Below the pieces are notes generated by a model. It was not told where the DNA came from. It saw nothing but the letters and a program-made list of their open reading frames with translations, and made no database searches. Shown piece by piece: positions 20,318 to 30,679 of a stretch of DNA of 64,000 nucleotides. This DNA is from Candidatus Taenariivivens baikalensis. GTDB lineage: Bacteria > Omnitrophota > Omnitrophia > Omnitrophales > Aquincolibacteriaceae. The position numbers and the translations under genes were made by a program. The stretch is taken from the NCBI GenBank assembly GCA_009691445.1, contig SICL01000001.1, positions 65,738 to 129,737 of the forward strand, in the 5' to 3' direction. How positions within the stretch are numbered: the first letter of the stretch is position 1; each line of letters begins with the position of its first letter.

Positions 20318-21648
20318 TGGGAAAGAGCCTCCACATATCGATCCAAATCACCTTTGGTTTTTGTTTCCGTCGCACAAACAAGAAAGTGATTCTTCATTTC
20401 CGGATAAAATTCATCAAGGTTAATTCCGGGAAGAATAAGGTGGCTTTTTAGGATTTCAGAAATCCGCGCAAACGGTTTATCACTTCGCACCACGAACTCA
20501 TTGAAGATCGGTAAATTCACATTCACATGAAAACCTGGTAATTTTGAGATTTCCGCCCGAAGATAATAAGCCCGGTCCAGATTAATTTCTGCCACTTCAC
20601 GGATTCCCAGCGTTCCCATCAAGGTCATATAAACACAAGCGGTCAATGCACACAGCGCCTGATTTGTGCATATGTTCGATGAGGCGCGTTCGCGGCGGAT
20701 ATCCTGCTCTCGAGCTTTGAGTGTGAGCACATACGCGCGGCGGCCTTTACTATCCTGAGTGATTCCCACCAAACGTCCTGGAATTTTTCGCATTAAAGAT
20801 CGGGCGACCGCAAAATAGCCTAAGTACGGACCGCCGTATTGAGTTGTAAGTCCCAGCGGTTGACCTTCTCCGACCGCAACATCCGCTCCCCACTCACCCG
20901 GGGATTTAAATACACTAAGAGAAAGAGGATGAGATGCCATGATAAGCAGGGCTCCAGCTTCATGGAGACTCTCACTGACGCCCATTAGATTTTCAACAAC
21001 GCCAAAAAAATTCGGGGTTTGAAAAATAGCTCCCCCAACTTGAGGATCAAGATGCTTCATGAAATCTTCACGGCTAAACTGACCGTTTTCATCAAAGGCA
21101 AACTCCTGCATAATGTAAGGGGTTCCCTTCAGATAGGTGCGTATCGTCTGGCGATAATGAGGATGCAGAGATGAGGACACAAGAATTTTACTACGGCCTG
21201 TGTGTCGCAAAGCTAATAGAACTGCCTCAGCAACGGCTGTGGCTCCATCATAGTGCGAAGCATTGGCCACATCTAACCCGGTCAACTCCGAGATGAGGCT
21301 TTGATATTCAAAAATCGTCTGCAGAGTTCCTTGAGATGCCTCAGGTTGATAGGGGGTGTAGGCCGTATAAAATTCATTACGGGAAATAATCTGCGCCACT
21401 GCCGAAGGAATAAAATGGTCATAGCTTCCCCCACCTAAAAAAGAAAGTAGATCACTTTGACTTTGATTGAGCCCCAAACGTTCCTTCAAAAGATTTTGAA
21501 CTTCAAACTCGCTTAAACCCGCAGGAATATCCAGCTTGGGATGCCGCAATACAGAGGGTATACCTTGCAACAGGTCATTAAAGCCGGAAACGCCAATTTC
21601 TTTCAGCATCTCGTCTTTATCCGCGTCCGTTAGGGGATGAAAATGCAT
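20311..21648 (-). CDS. gcvPA: Glycine dehydrogenase (decarboxylating) subunit 1
   Basis: 445 aa; typical GcvPA N-terminus and length. Confidence 0.9.
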   Translation of the reverse strand: MHFHPLTDADKDEMLKEIGVSGFNDLLQGIPSVLRHPKLDIPAGLSEFEVQNLLKERLGLNQSQSDLLSFLGGGSYDHFIPSAVAQIISRNEFYTAYTPYQPEASQGTLQTIFEYQSLISELTGLDVANASHYDGATAVAEAVLLALRHTGRSKILVSSSLHPHYRQTIRTYLKGTPYIMQEFAFDENGQFSREDFMKHLDPQVGGAIFQTPNFFGVVENLMGVSESLHEAGALLIMASHPLSLSVFKSPGEWGADVAVGEGQPLGLTTQYGGPYLGYFAVARSLMRKIPGRLVGITQDSKGRRAYVLTLKAREQDIRRERASSNICTNQALCALTACVYMTLMGTLGIREVAEINLDRAYYLRAEISKLPGFHVNVNLPIFNEFVVRSDKPFARISEILKSHLILPGINLDEFYPEMKNHFLVCATETKTKGDLDRYVEALSQC

Positions 21649-21664
21649 AAGGTGCTCCGCCCGT

Positions 21665-22060
21665 TCAATGCTTTGTAGATTCTTGTTTTAAATGATCGGA
21701 ATACTGGTCTGCGGAAAGCAACTGATTCCAATCATCGTCATAAGACATATCAATTTCAAAAAACCAACCCTTGCCGTAGCACTCTTCATTGATAATTCCA
21801 GGGGCGCTTTCTAGACTCTGATTCACTTTAGAAACTTTTCCAGATACGGGGGCATAAATATCAAAGGCTGCTTTTACCGATTCGACGACTGCGGCAGGTT
21901 TTCCCCGCTCGATTTGCTGTCCCAATTTTGGTGTCTCGACAAAAACAACATCGGAAATTTCTTTTTGGGCATATTCTGTGATACCAACAATGACAATATT
22001 TCCCTCACGCTTCGCCCATTCATGCGTTTTTGTGTATTTTAAATCTTGCGGAATATTCAT
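21665..22060 (-). CDS. gcvH: Glycine cleavage system H protein
   Basis: 131 aa; lipoyl-lysine motif 'ESVKAA'. Confidence 0.9.
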   Translation of the reverse strand: MNIPQDLKYTKTHEWAKREGNIVIVGITEYAQKEISDVVFVETPKLGQQIERGKPAAVVESVKAAFDIYAPVSGKVSKVNQSLESAPGIINEECYGKGWFFEIDMSYDDDWNQLLSADQYSDHLKQESTKH

Positions 22061-22073
22061 AAAACTCCCAGCG

Positions 22074-23171
22074 TTATTCAGACTTCTTACGATGATAAAA
22101 TGGAATTGGAATTATTTTTGCTTTCTGCGGTCTATCACGAACCAGAATTTCAATTTCTTCATTAATCGCTGAAGATTCGATAGGGACATACCCGAGTCCA
22201 ATATTTTTTTGAAGCGTAGGAGAAACACCACCGCTTGTGACTTCCCCGGTTTTTTTTCCAGATTTTAAAATCGGATAACCTTGGCGCGGAATGCCACGGT
22301 CCATCATTTCAAATCCAATCAACTTCCGGGTGATTCCCTGCTCTTTTATTTTCAAAAGGATATCTCGCGCTACAAACTCAGTTTTAGTGAAATCAAGCGT
22401 CCATCCAATCCCGGCTTCAAGAGGATTAACTTCTTCATTCATATCATGACCATAAAGGAGCATAGCAGCCTCAAGGCGAAGAGTATCCCGAGCTCCAAAC
22501 CCTATCGGCTTCAAATCGGGATTCTGAAAACATCGGTCCCAAAGATGATTCAGCTCGGACTTATCAATCATAATTTCAAAACCATCCTCACCCGTATAGC
22601 CTGTTCGGGCAATCATTCCACCTTCAATCTCAATAAATCCATAATTAGAAAGCTGGGACAACTTTAGAGATGGGTATAATTGGTTAACCACTTGAAGCGC
22701 AAGAGGACCCTGAATCGCCAAAAGACCTTTGTTGTCGCTTTCGTTTGTTAAAAGCACATCCCCTGACAGGTTTGTTTTAAACCAAGCAAAGTCCTTCGCG
22801 ACATTACCCGCATTGACAATGATCCAAAAACGCTCGCTAGAAACTTTGTACACAATAATGTCATCAACAAATCCCCCGCGCTCATTTAAGAGGGGTGAAT
22901 ACAATGCTTTTCCAAGTGGGAGCTTCTTGATATTTCTGGGTAAAAGAAAATCAAGATAGGATTCAGCCCCCTTACCTGTAACAACGAACTCACCCATATG
23001 AGAAATATCAAAAAGTCCCGCCCTTTTCCGGACTTGTTCATGCTCCTCAAGAATACTGGTGTAGTAGAGAGGCACTTCCCACTCGCCAAAGACCCCGAAA
23101 CGCGCACCACGCTCCTCGTGCTTTTTATGAAGATACAAGGGGTATGTTTTTTCCGTCATTTGGGTGCTCAC
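22074..23171 (-). CDS. gcvT: Aminomethyltransferase (glycine cleavage T protein)
   Basis: 365 aa; GcvT family features. Confidence 0.9.
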   Translation of the reverse strand: MSTQMTEKTYPLYLHKKHEERGARFGVFGEWEVPLYYTSILEEHEQVRKRAGLFDISHMGEFVVTGKGAESYLDFLLPRNIKKLPLGKALYSPLLNERGGFVDDIIVYKVSSERFWIIVNAGNVAKDFAWFKTNLSGDVLLTNESDNKGLLAIQGPLALQVVNQLYPSLKLSQLSNYGFIEIEGGMIARTGYTGEDGFEIMIDKSELNHLWDRCFQNPDLKPIGFGARDTLRLEAAMLLYGHDMNEEVNPLEAGIGWTLDFTKTEFVARDILLKIKEQGITRKLIGFEMMDRGIPRQGYPILKSGKKTGEVTSGGVSPTLQKNIGLGYVPIESSAINEEIEILVRDRPQKAKIIPIPFYHRKKSE

Positions 23172-23224
23172 GAGGGCTACATTATAGGGATGAAGGTCGA
23201 AAATTCAATCGAAATAGGGCGGTA

Positions 23225-24475
23225 TTAAAAGTAAGCAAGAAACCAATCACGAGCAGAGACCACTATGCGTTTAAGAAAACCATTTGTCTGCATCATCTGC
23301 TTTTGCTCCTGATGCGAAGTGGCAATCCAGCGAAACATTCCCAGAGCATGTGTCATAGAAGGATCCACCAGAAGCTCGGTGGGTGCATCAACATGCTTGG
23401 TGAGGCCTATCCGGGCCACAAGAGAAAAATGCTTATAAAGGAACTCAATAAAGCCATCAATACTGGCGCCGCCTCCCGTAAAAATAAAGTGGGGGTAGTG
23501 TGAACCCTGCGCCTGAATAAAAACATTAACTTGGCCCAACAAGCCTGTGAGCCATTCCACGGCTATTTCCGAAAAAAGAGATTGAAACTCGGAGCGCTTG
23601 ATCTGGCGACTCTCTCTTCCATCGCGATTAATCAGCGGAATCAATTCATCCCGATTATCCGGAGGGACAAAAGCCGCATAGTTTTTTTTGAGTCTCTCAG
23701 CATCAAAGAGATCAATCCCTAAGCGTTCGGATAGCCGGGTATCAATTTGCTTTCCTCCAAAATCCAACATTCCACTGCTCATCACCGCTCCGTCCTTCCA
23801 AAAGAAAACCTCCGTATTTTCCGAAGTCATGTCCAGCACGAGGGCGCCCTGTGTTTTTTCAACATCCGATAGAACGGCCTGAGAAATGGTCAATCCCTTA
23901 GGGATATACCCCGTTACCTCAAGATCGCTGGAGTCAAAAACTTTCGAAAGATTTTTAAACTCCTGAAAATTCATTGTGAATATTTTTAGATTAACGCCCA
24001 ATCGCCGGGCCTCGAGGCCCATGGGATTACGCACACCCGAAACATCATCAACCATAAAGTTGTCGGGAAGTGTTTGGAGCACAAATTCCGAGAGAGGGAG
24101 GGTCGCAACGGTTCGTGTCTGCTGAATGACCGAGTGGATTTCGTCGCTGGTAATCAGGCGGATATCACCCTGATAATACTGAGAACTTTGAAATGAATAC
24201 TGGCGCAGCTTAAGATTTCCCAAGACGATCCAGGCTGCTATGATTGCCGAAGCATTATCAGGGAATAATTCTTTGAGCATTCCTTGGAGCGTTTTCGTCG
24301 CATCTCCCAGTTGACTGACTAAGCCCTGCTGAAAACCTTGAGGAATCTCCTTCTTGACATAGCGATTCACTCTGACATCCGTACCCTGGACGATCCCTTC
24401 CAGAACAATAAGATGCCGCATCCCCAGATAAACAACAACCTCAGATTCAACCTGCAAATGCCGTCCCATGATCAA
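23225..24475 (-). CDS. ftsA: FtsA-like actin-fold cell division protein
   Basis: Central 'NPMGLEARRLGVNLKIF...' and 'LDMTSENTEVFFWKDG...GGKQIDTRLSERLGI' and 'FIFTGGGASIDGF' align with FtsA. The N-terminal phosphate-1 region is atypical. 4-bp overlap with ftsQ. Confidence 0.75.
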   Translation of the reverse strand: MIMGRHLQVESEVVVYLGMRHLIVLEGIVQGTDVRVNRYVKKEIPQGFQQGLVSQLGDATKTLQGMLKELFPDNASAIIAAWIVLGNLKLRQYSFQSSQYYQGDIRLITSDEIHSVIQQTRTVATLPLSEFVLQTLPDNFMVDDVSGVRNPMGLEARRLGVNLKIFTMNFQEFKNLSKVFDSSDLEVTGYIPKGLTISQAVLSDVEKTQGALVLDMTSENTEVFFWKDGAVMSSGMLDFGGKQIDTRLSERLGIDLFDAERLKKNYAAFVPPDNRDELIPLINRDGRESRQIKRSEFQSLFSEIAVEWLTGLLGQVNVFIQAQGSHYPHFIFTGGGASIDGFIEFLYKHFSLVARIGLTKHVDAPTELLVDPSMTHALGMFRWIATSHQEQKQMMQTNGFLKRIVVSARDWFLAYF

Positions 24476-25275
24476 CCTTTCTTTTTAACAATGACATTTT
24501 CATATTGCAAATCAATGTAGGAAATTTTAGCACTTTCCTTATCCTCCAAAAGATGCGTCACCTTGTGAAGGGCAGAAATGCGAGAAGCGGGATGACGCCC
24601 GAGTTTAATTTCAGGACTATTTTGCAGAATCAAGTTCACATTTCCCTGAGCATCAAAAAGCAATTTTTGAACAGGGTACTTTTGAGCTAATGAAGACTCT
24701 GAATAAACACGCAAAAACTCCATGCATTCACGAAACCCTTTGTGGTGCAAACGCTGCCCCACACGAAGGTCAGCAGAATCGATAAACATGGCTTCGATAA
24801 GGACAAACGCTGGCGCTAACTCAGACATCACACGAAGAATCATTCCGTCTTCGGCAACAACACCATATTTTCCTCGGGCAGAAAACTTGATAAGCGCTGC
24901 AGGTATTCGCTTCTCAATATTCAAGGCCAAAGTGGAAGGAAAATGCCTCTCTACCGCTACGTTCTTAATCTCTGGATTTTTTTCCAAAATCTGTGATAAA
25001 TCATGAAGATTAATTTCAAGGATATGTCTACCGATGAATTTATTTTCCAATGCTGTTCTCTCGGCGACAGGCAAAGAAAGCGGGGGCTGAACCGTCAGAT
25101 ATTTCACTTCAAAAAAAGTATCCGCGTAGAGTGCTTTCCGCAGACCAAAGAAAATCCCGAGTCCAGCCACGAGAACGAGAAAAGGTGGGAAAAGAGAAAT
25201 AATTAAACGTCCAAAATACGAAAAGTATCCCAGAGCGTTATTTTTCTTTCTACTTCGTTTTGACTTTTTTGACAC
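24472..25275 (-). CDS. ftsQ: Cell division protein FtsQ/DivIB
   Basis: N-terminal basic tail plus single TM, then POTRA-type domain. Position between ddl and ftsA. Confidence 0.8.
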   Translation of the reverse strand: MSKKSKRSRKKNNALGYFSYFGRLIISLFPPFLVLVAGLGIFFGLRKALYADTFFEVKYLTVQPPLSLPVAERTALENKFIGRHILEINLHDLSQILEKNPEIKNVAVERHFPSTLALNIEKRIPAALIKFSARGKYGVVAEDGMILRVMSELAPAFVLIEAMFIDSADLRVGQRLHHKGFRECMEFLRVYSESSLAQKYPVQKLLFDAQGNVNLILQNSPEIKLGRHPASRISALHKVTHLLEDKESAKISYIDLQYENVIVKKKG

Positions 25276-26251
25276 GGTGACTCGTTAAAGGTTTTCGTCG
25301 GATGGCCAACGAAACAAGGCGACAACACAAAGCTTCAAAAGATAAACCGCATGCTTTCGCAGCTTTAGGCAACAGACTAAATTCAGTAAATCCTGGTATA
25401 GAATTAGCTTCGAGCACAAATGGATTTCCAGCTCGATCCACCTTGAGATCAATTCGAGATAGGTCCCGAAGGCCTAAAGCTTTATGCGTCCTTGTGGCAA
25501 TGTTTTGCAACTTGCGGGCAAAAGATACCGATATTTCTGCTGGTACAATATAATCGGTCATTCCTGAGGTATATTTAGCCTTAAAGTCATAAAAAAGCGA
25601 CTTAGGTCGAAGTTCCACAACCGGCAATGCTTTCTGGCCGAGAATTCCAACCGTATATTCAGCCCCTTCCAAGGTACGTTCGGCCATAAGCTCGCCATAG
25701 ACTTGCAGACGGGCCTTGATTTTTTTGAGCGTTGACGGACTAAGGATTGACACGGAAAGAATGCCAATACTGGATCCTTCTCGAGGCGGTTTAATGAAAC
25801 ACGGGCATCCAAATTTTTTAAGCGCTTCCTGCCAGCGGGAACCTCGTTGAAGAATAATAAAAGGCGCCGTTGGGATCCGACGCTGAATCAATATGCGTTT
25901 TGTTTTAATTTTGTCATAAGCAAGTCGACTGGAATTAGCGCCGGAGCCCACATACGGCTTTCCCCGCTTCTCCAGCCATTCTTGGATGGTGCCGTCTTCC
26001 CCACCGGCACCGTGTAAAGTTAAAAACGCAATATCAATAGAATTTACGAGCCGACTGACCTGCGCGGGTTTCGCGGGATCAAGTTCAGAAACGCAGTAAC
26101 CTGAACGTTTCAATGCCTGAATCACAGCGTGGCCTGAGCGTTTTGAAATTACGCGCTCTGATGAGGTTCCGCCGCAAAAAACGCCGATGCGATGTGATTT
26201 AGACAAAGATAACTTCGGTTTCGAGGGCAAATCCAGTCCCATCAAAAACAA
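25250..26251 (-). CDS. ddl: D-alanine--D-alanine ligase
   Basis: 333 aa ATP-grasp; N-terminal 'RIGVFCGGTSSERVIS' typical of Ddl. Confidence 0.9.
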   Translation of the reverse strand: MFLMGLDLPSKPKLSLSKSHRIGVFCGGTSSERVISKRSGHAVIQALKRSGYCVSELDPAKPAQVSRLVNSIDIAFLTLHGAGGEDGTIQEWLEKRGKPYVGSGANSSRLAYDKIKTKRILIQRRIPTAPFIILQRGSRWQEALKKFGCPCFIKPPREGSSIGILSVSILSPSTLKKIKARLQVYGELMAERTLEGAEYTVGILGQKALPVVELRPKSLFYDFKAKYTSGMTDYIVPAEISVSFARKLQNIATRTHKALGLRDLSRIDLKVDRAGNPFVLEANSIPGFTEFSLLPKAAKACGLSFEALCCRLVSLAIRRKPLTSHRVKKVKTK

Positions 26252-27143
26252 CCTTTTTCACTTGATGAATCAATTCAACAAAATCAGAACTTTTTGCACG
26301 ACCCAAATTAACCATATAATTCGCATGTGCCGGTGAGATCATAGCATCCCCAATCCGCATCCCTTTCAACCCAAACTGATCGATTAACTTCCCCGCAGAA
26401 ACACCAGGAGTCGGATTTTTAAAAATAGATCCGGAGCTGGGGTACCGTACGTCCTGTTCCTGGGTACGATAATCAAAATTGGCCCGAATCTCCCTATCGA
26501 TATCCTCATTGCGACCGTGCCACAAACGAAAAGAAGCCGAGAGAATAATTTTCCCTTTAAGACTAGATTGGCGGTACGAAAAGGACAACTCGTTTTTCTG
26601 GAGGGTTTGTTTTTTTCCATCCTCGCTAATAATCGTCACGTCATTAACAATATCCCCAATTTCATTCGGCTGCCCCGGATGACGGCTAAATCCAGCATTC
26701 ATCGCCAGAGCTCCGCCCACCGACCCTGGAATAGTCGATAGAAACTCAACGCCACCGAGGTTCCGATCCCGGCATGCGGTCGCAAGCCGGGATAGCTGAG
26801 TGCCTGCCGAGCAATGGACGATAGGAAAATCTGGATCAAATAGAATATTCCCATTCTGAAAACGATTCATGGAGATAACGACGCCCTGATATCCGGCATC
26901 TGGGAAAATAAGGTTTGAACCGCGGCCTAAAAGTATGTAGGGCAGTTTTTCACTCTTTGCAAAATGGACAGCTTCAAAAACATCATCCTCGGTCAAAGGC
27001 TCAATAAAATATGCAGCCGGCCCTCCCACGTGCATCGTTGTGCAGCGGGAAAGATCAACCTTACGCCGTAACAGTGGTTTTGTGTCTGTCCGAAAACTCA
27101 TTGGCAAGATCTCCGATATCACCCGCTCCCAGAAAGGCGACAA
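26199..27143 (-). CDS. murB: UDP-N-acetylenolpyruvoylglucosamine reductase
   Basis: FAD-binding 'LGRGSNL' region. Start uncertain (overlaps murC 3' end). Confidence 0.85.
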   Translation of the reverse strand: MSPFWERVISEILPMSFRTDTKPLLRRKVDLSRCTTMHVGGPAAYFIEPLTEDDVFEAVHFAKSEKLPYILLGRGSNLIFPDAGYQGVVISMNRFQNGNILFDPDFPIVHCSAGTQLSRLATACRDRNLGGVEFLSTIPGSVGGALAMNAGFSRHPGQPNEIGDIVNDVTIISEDGKKQTLQKNELSFSYRQSSLKGKIILSASFRLWHGRNEDIDREIRANFDYRTQEQDVRYPSSGSIFKNPTPGVSAGKLIDQFGLKGMRIGDAMISPAHANYMVNLGRAKSSDFVELIHQVKKVVFDGTGFALETEVIFV

Positions 27144-28470
27144 CTCCGGAAAGATTTAGGCGAGATGATAAATATAAAGAAACTTTTTCTTTAGCGATAA
27201 AATGAACCGAGGGATGACCGAGCCTTATCAATTCATCGTGAATCTTCTGAGTTGAAATATGAGTTTCATTATTTTCACCGGCCCCATAAATGTCCGTCAG
27301 AATCAGATCATCCGTATCACGAAGAGCATGGGCGAATTCTTTGAAAAAACGCTGCGTTCTTGTGTATCGGTGCGGCTGAAAAATGACCGTCAGCTTACGG
27401 TTGTAAACCCTCAACGCCTTAATTGAAGCCAGCACCTTGGTTGGATTATGTGCGTAATCATTGATAATCATCAAATGATCAGATTGATATTTTACTTCCA
27501 ATCGCCTCGTCGCTCCGTGAAAGCGTGACAGAGACTCGGAAATACTATCCAGATCAAGGCCTAAATAGTGAAGAAGGGCAATGGAAGCAAGGGCATTGGA
27601 TACATTATGAAGACCAATCAGGCACAGCCGAAACTCGGTAGAAAAGACGCCGCATACATACAAATCAAAAATTGTGCCGCTAGGGGCAAGCCTAATATTT
27701 TGTGCGGAAAAATTCGCGGCAGAAGAAAATCCGAAACTCAGATGAGGCTTACCCGATTTCAAGGACAAATTCTTAAGATCAGGATCATCCTCGGAATAAA
27801 CAACAAGCCCAGGATCATGCAGATTCTGCAGAAATCGCTGAAATGAATCCTGCAAATCCTGAGTTCCTGTGTAATGGTCCACGTGATCTTCTTCAAGATT
27901 TGTAACGATCGCATAATTTGGTGCGAAAAGTTCGTGAGTTTTATCACTCTCATCGACTTCAGACACGTAAATCCCAGAGTGCCCCAGCAATGCATTGGTT
28001 CCAAAATCCACCAGATCTCCACCGATCAGGCAAGTGGGATCTTTTCCCCGATCATGTAAAACGAAGGAAACCATTGCGGATGTTGTGGTTTTGCCATGAG
28101 TTCCTGTTATCGCAACCGAAATGTTGGCTGAATTAAAAAAAGAAGAAAGGACGGCAGCCCTGTGAAATATATTCCGTCCAAACTGTTTGGCGGCGGCAAA
28201 CTCCACATGATTTTCATGAATCGCGGAAGAATAGACGACCAAATCAACGGCCGGATCAAAATGCGGCTCTTCTTGGCCAATATAGACCGAAATCCCCAAA
28301 TCTAAAAGTTGACGTGTCGCTAGGGTTTCCTTCAGATCAGATCCGGAAACTTTAACTCCGTTGTGGTGGAGTAATTTCGCCAGAGCACTCATCCCCGCCC
28401 CGCCGATTCCAATGAAATAGGCACTTCTCGCGTTTTGAATCTGGTGATTATCACTCAACCTATTGATCAT
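27061..28470 (-). CDS. murC: UDP-N-acetylmuramate--L-alanine ligase
   Basis: 'FIGIGGAGMSALA' and Mur ligase central motif 'GTHGKTTTS'. Confidence 0.9.
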   Translation of the reverse strand: MINRLSDNHQIQNARSAYFIGIGGAGMSALAKLLHHNGVKVSGSDLKETLATRQLLDLGISVYIGQEEPHFDPAVDLVVYSSAIHENHVEFAAAKQFGRNIFHRAAVLSSFFNSANISVAITGTHGKTTTSAMVSFVLHDRGKDPTCLIGGDLVDFGTNALLGHSGIYVSEVDESDKTHELFAPNYAIVTNLEEDHVDHYTGTQDLQDSFQRFLQNLHDPGLVVYSEDDPDLKNLSLKSGKPHLSFGFSSAANFSAQNIRLAPSGTIFDLYVCGVFSTEFRLCLIGLHNVSNALASIALLHYLGLDLDSISESLSRFHGATRRLEVKYQSDHLMIINDYAHNPTKVLASIKALRVYNRKLTVIFQPHRYTRTQRFFKEFAHALRDTDDLILTDIYGAGENNETHISTQKIHDELIRLGHPSVHFIAKEKVSLYLSSRLNLSGVVAFLGAGDIGDLANEFSDRHKTTVTA

Positions 28471-29569
28471 ATTTGAATCCTGCTAATTGTCTCGCTAACT
28501 TAACAAGCCCACAACCCGCGTCCGGCATTGCCAAACTTCGCATTTTATCGGCCATTGGTTCTAAGGCGGAAAATGATCGCATTAGTAAACGTATCTTTTC
28601 TAAAACTAGACCGGGGACTAAATCTCTTTCTTGCGCGCACCAAGCTGCGCTGCGATTTTCAAAGAAACGCGCATTCAAGAGTTGATGCCCTCCCGCATAA
28701 GGATAAGGAATCAAAAGTGCTGGAATCCCAAAATAAGAAAGTTCGAAAAGTGTATTCGCACCTGCGCGTGATATTGCAAAATCTGTATTTAAAAAAATCT
28801 CATCCATTCTATCAAAAAAAGAAAACACTTGTGCTCGTATTTTTACTTTTTCATACGCGCACCGCACTTCGTTCCAATCTTGTTTCCCTGCGATATGATT
28901 AACGACAAGCTTATCCTTTTCTTCATCCGATAATTCAGAAAGAGCTTGCACGACAGTCTTATTAATCCAATGTGCTCCCTGGGATCCGCCCATTACGAGC
29001 AACCGCAAGCAATGAGGATCAGTCGTCATCACTTTAGAGCGCCACCCGCCTGTCTGAAGAATATGAGTTTTAAGCGGAAGACCGACATGAAACACTTTTG
29101 ATGCCGGAATATTTGGAAATGTATCGGGAAACGAGGTGGCAATTATATCTGCATGCGGAACAAGCCAGGAAGTAGCGCGGCCTGGACGGGCATTCTGTTC
29201 GTGAATAAGCGTAGGTATTTTTCTTCGATGCGCTAGAACAATTCCGGGGTACGACACGTAGCTTCCAAACCCAATGCAGACATCGGGTTTCATTTGATTC
29301 AGTATCCGGGAAGTTCGTGAAAAAGCATCGAAAAGCTTTTTCGTAAATAAAAACCAAGATAAGGAAATCCCGGAAGGAGATGGGAAAGATGGAAGAAAGT
29401 GAGTTGTTTCAAATAAATCTGTGAATTTCCCTTGAAGAAAGGGGCGTGCCTTTTCGCTCGTAATCAGAGTAATACGGCTTTGAGGGAAACTCAGCTTGAG
29501 ATTTTCACTAAATCCAATGCAGGGAAAAAGATGACCTCCGGTATGCCCCGAAAGAACTAGAACGTTCAA
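28460..29569 (-). CDS. murG: Undecaprenyldiphospho-muramoylpentapeptide beta-N-acetylglucosaminyltransferase
   Basis: GT28; N-terminal 'SGHTGGHLFP'. Confidence 0.9.
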   Translation of the reverse strand: MNVLVLSGHTGGHLFPCIGFSENLKLSFPQSRITLITSEKARPFLQGKFTDLFETTHFLPSFPSPSGISLSWFLFTKKLFDAFSRTSRILNQMKPDVCIGFGSYVSYPGIVLAHRRKIPTLIHEQNARPGRATSWLVPHADIIATSFPDTFPNIPASKVFHVGLPLKTHILQTGGWRSKVMTTDPHCLRLLVMGGSQGAHWINKTVVQALSELSDEEKDKLVVNHIAGKQDWNEVRCAYEKVKIRAQVFSFFDRMDEIFLNTDFAISRAGANTLFELSYFGIPALLIPYPYAGGHQLLNARFFENRSAAWCAQERDLVPGLVLEKIRLLMRSFSALEPMADKMRSLAMPDAGCGLVKLARQLAGFKYDQ

Positions 29570-29572
29570 TGA

Positions 29573-30679
29573 TCACCTGCTGCGATGGAGATGCTTTTCC
29601 GCACTCATAATCAGCCCCAAAGCCATAAAATTAAAAAGAAGTGAAGTCCCACCGAAGCTCACGAATGGAAGTGGAAGACCTTTCGTTGGAACCAGCCCTG
29701 TCGTGACTAGCATGTGAATGATGGCCTGAAGGACAATCATCAACGTTAAGGCTATAATTAAAAGACGTTGAAAAGAATCGGAAGCTTTCTTGGCAAGTTC
29801 CAGTCCCGATAAAAAAATCGTCACATAAAGAGCCATCACGGCGAGGACACCGACTATTCCCAATTCTTCAGCAATGATCGAGAAAATAAAATCGTTATAA
29901 CTCGACGGGAGATAAAAAAGTTTCTGCATGCTTTGCCCCAACCCTACTCCTTTGAGGGAACCAAGCCCAAAGGCTAAAAACGATTGGATGATTTGAAACC
30001 CATTTCCTTGCGGGTCATTCCAGGGATTGAGATACGCACTGAGACGGCTCAACCGGTACGGAACCCTGACCACCAACATGTAAAAAATGGGAATCACCAC
30101 CGAGGCAGCAACACCCACATACCACATTCTGAGCCCTGCTAAAAAAATTAGCGATGCAACAATAAGAAAGATAAAAGCCGTTGACCCTAAATCAGGTTGA
30201 AGAAGTGTTAAGACACACGTAATCCCCACTAAAACAAGCGGTGGAAAAAAAACCTTCAGACTGCCCTCATAAATCATCTTGCGCTTCCGAGTTAAGTAGT
30301 CAGCAAGATAAATACAAACCGCGATTTTGGCAAACTCTGCAGGCTGAAATTTAATCATCCCGAGATTGATCCATCTCTTTGCTCCGCCTGCGGTGTGTCC
30401 AATATGCGGAATAAAAACAAGAAATAAAAATCCGATGGAAAACAACATGAGAGCAAGAGCATGCCGTTTCCAAAATTGCAGCGGGACCGCTGCGGTCACG
30501 AACATCAGACCCGAACCTAAAAGGGCGTACAAGATTTGCCGGACTAGAAAGTGCTGGGGGTTCTGGTAGAGGTAATCTGCATAAACAGCGCTCGTGCTGT
30601 AGGTCATCACAATCCCCAGACCAACGAGCAGATAGATACAGGTAAAAAGAACTTTGACCGGATTCCATCGCAGCTTCAT
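29573..30679 (-). CDS. ftsW: SEDS-family peptidoglycan polymerase FtsW
   Basis: Ten-TM SEDS protein between murD and murG. Confidence 0.85.
   Translation of the reverse strand: MKLRWNPVKVLFTCIYLLVGLGIVMTYSTSAVYADYLYQNPQHFLVRQILYALLGSGLMFVTAAVPLQFWKRHALALMLFSIGFLFLVFIPHIGHTAGGAKRWINLGMIKFQPAEFAKIAVCIYLADYLTRKRKMIYEGSLKVFFPPLVLVGITCVLTLLQPDLGSTAFIFLIVASLIFLAGLRMWYVGVAASVVIPIFYMLVVRVPYRLSRLSAYLNPWNDPQGNGFQIIQSFLAFGLGSLKGVGLGQSMQKLFYLPSSYNDFIFSIIAEELGIVGVLAVMALYVTIFLSGLELAKKASDSFQRLLIIALTLMIVLQAIIHMLVTTGLVPTKGLPLPFVSFGGTSLLFNFMALGLIMSAEKHLHRSR

Noticed and set aside
23172-23224. Possible glycine riboswitch upstream of gcvT
   Set aside because: The intergenic space is only 53 nt, which is far too short for the ~100-nt or longer tandem glycine aptamer. 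No conserved aptamer core was visible.
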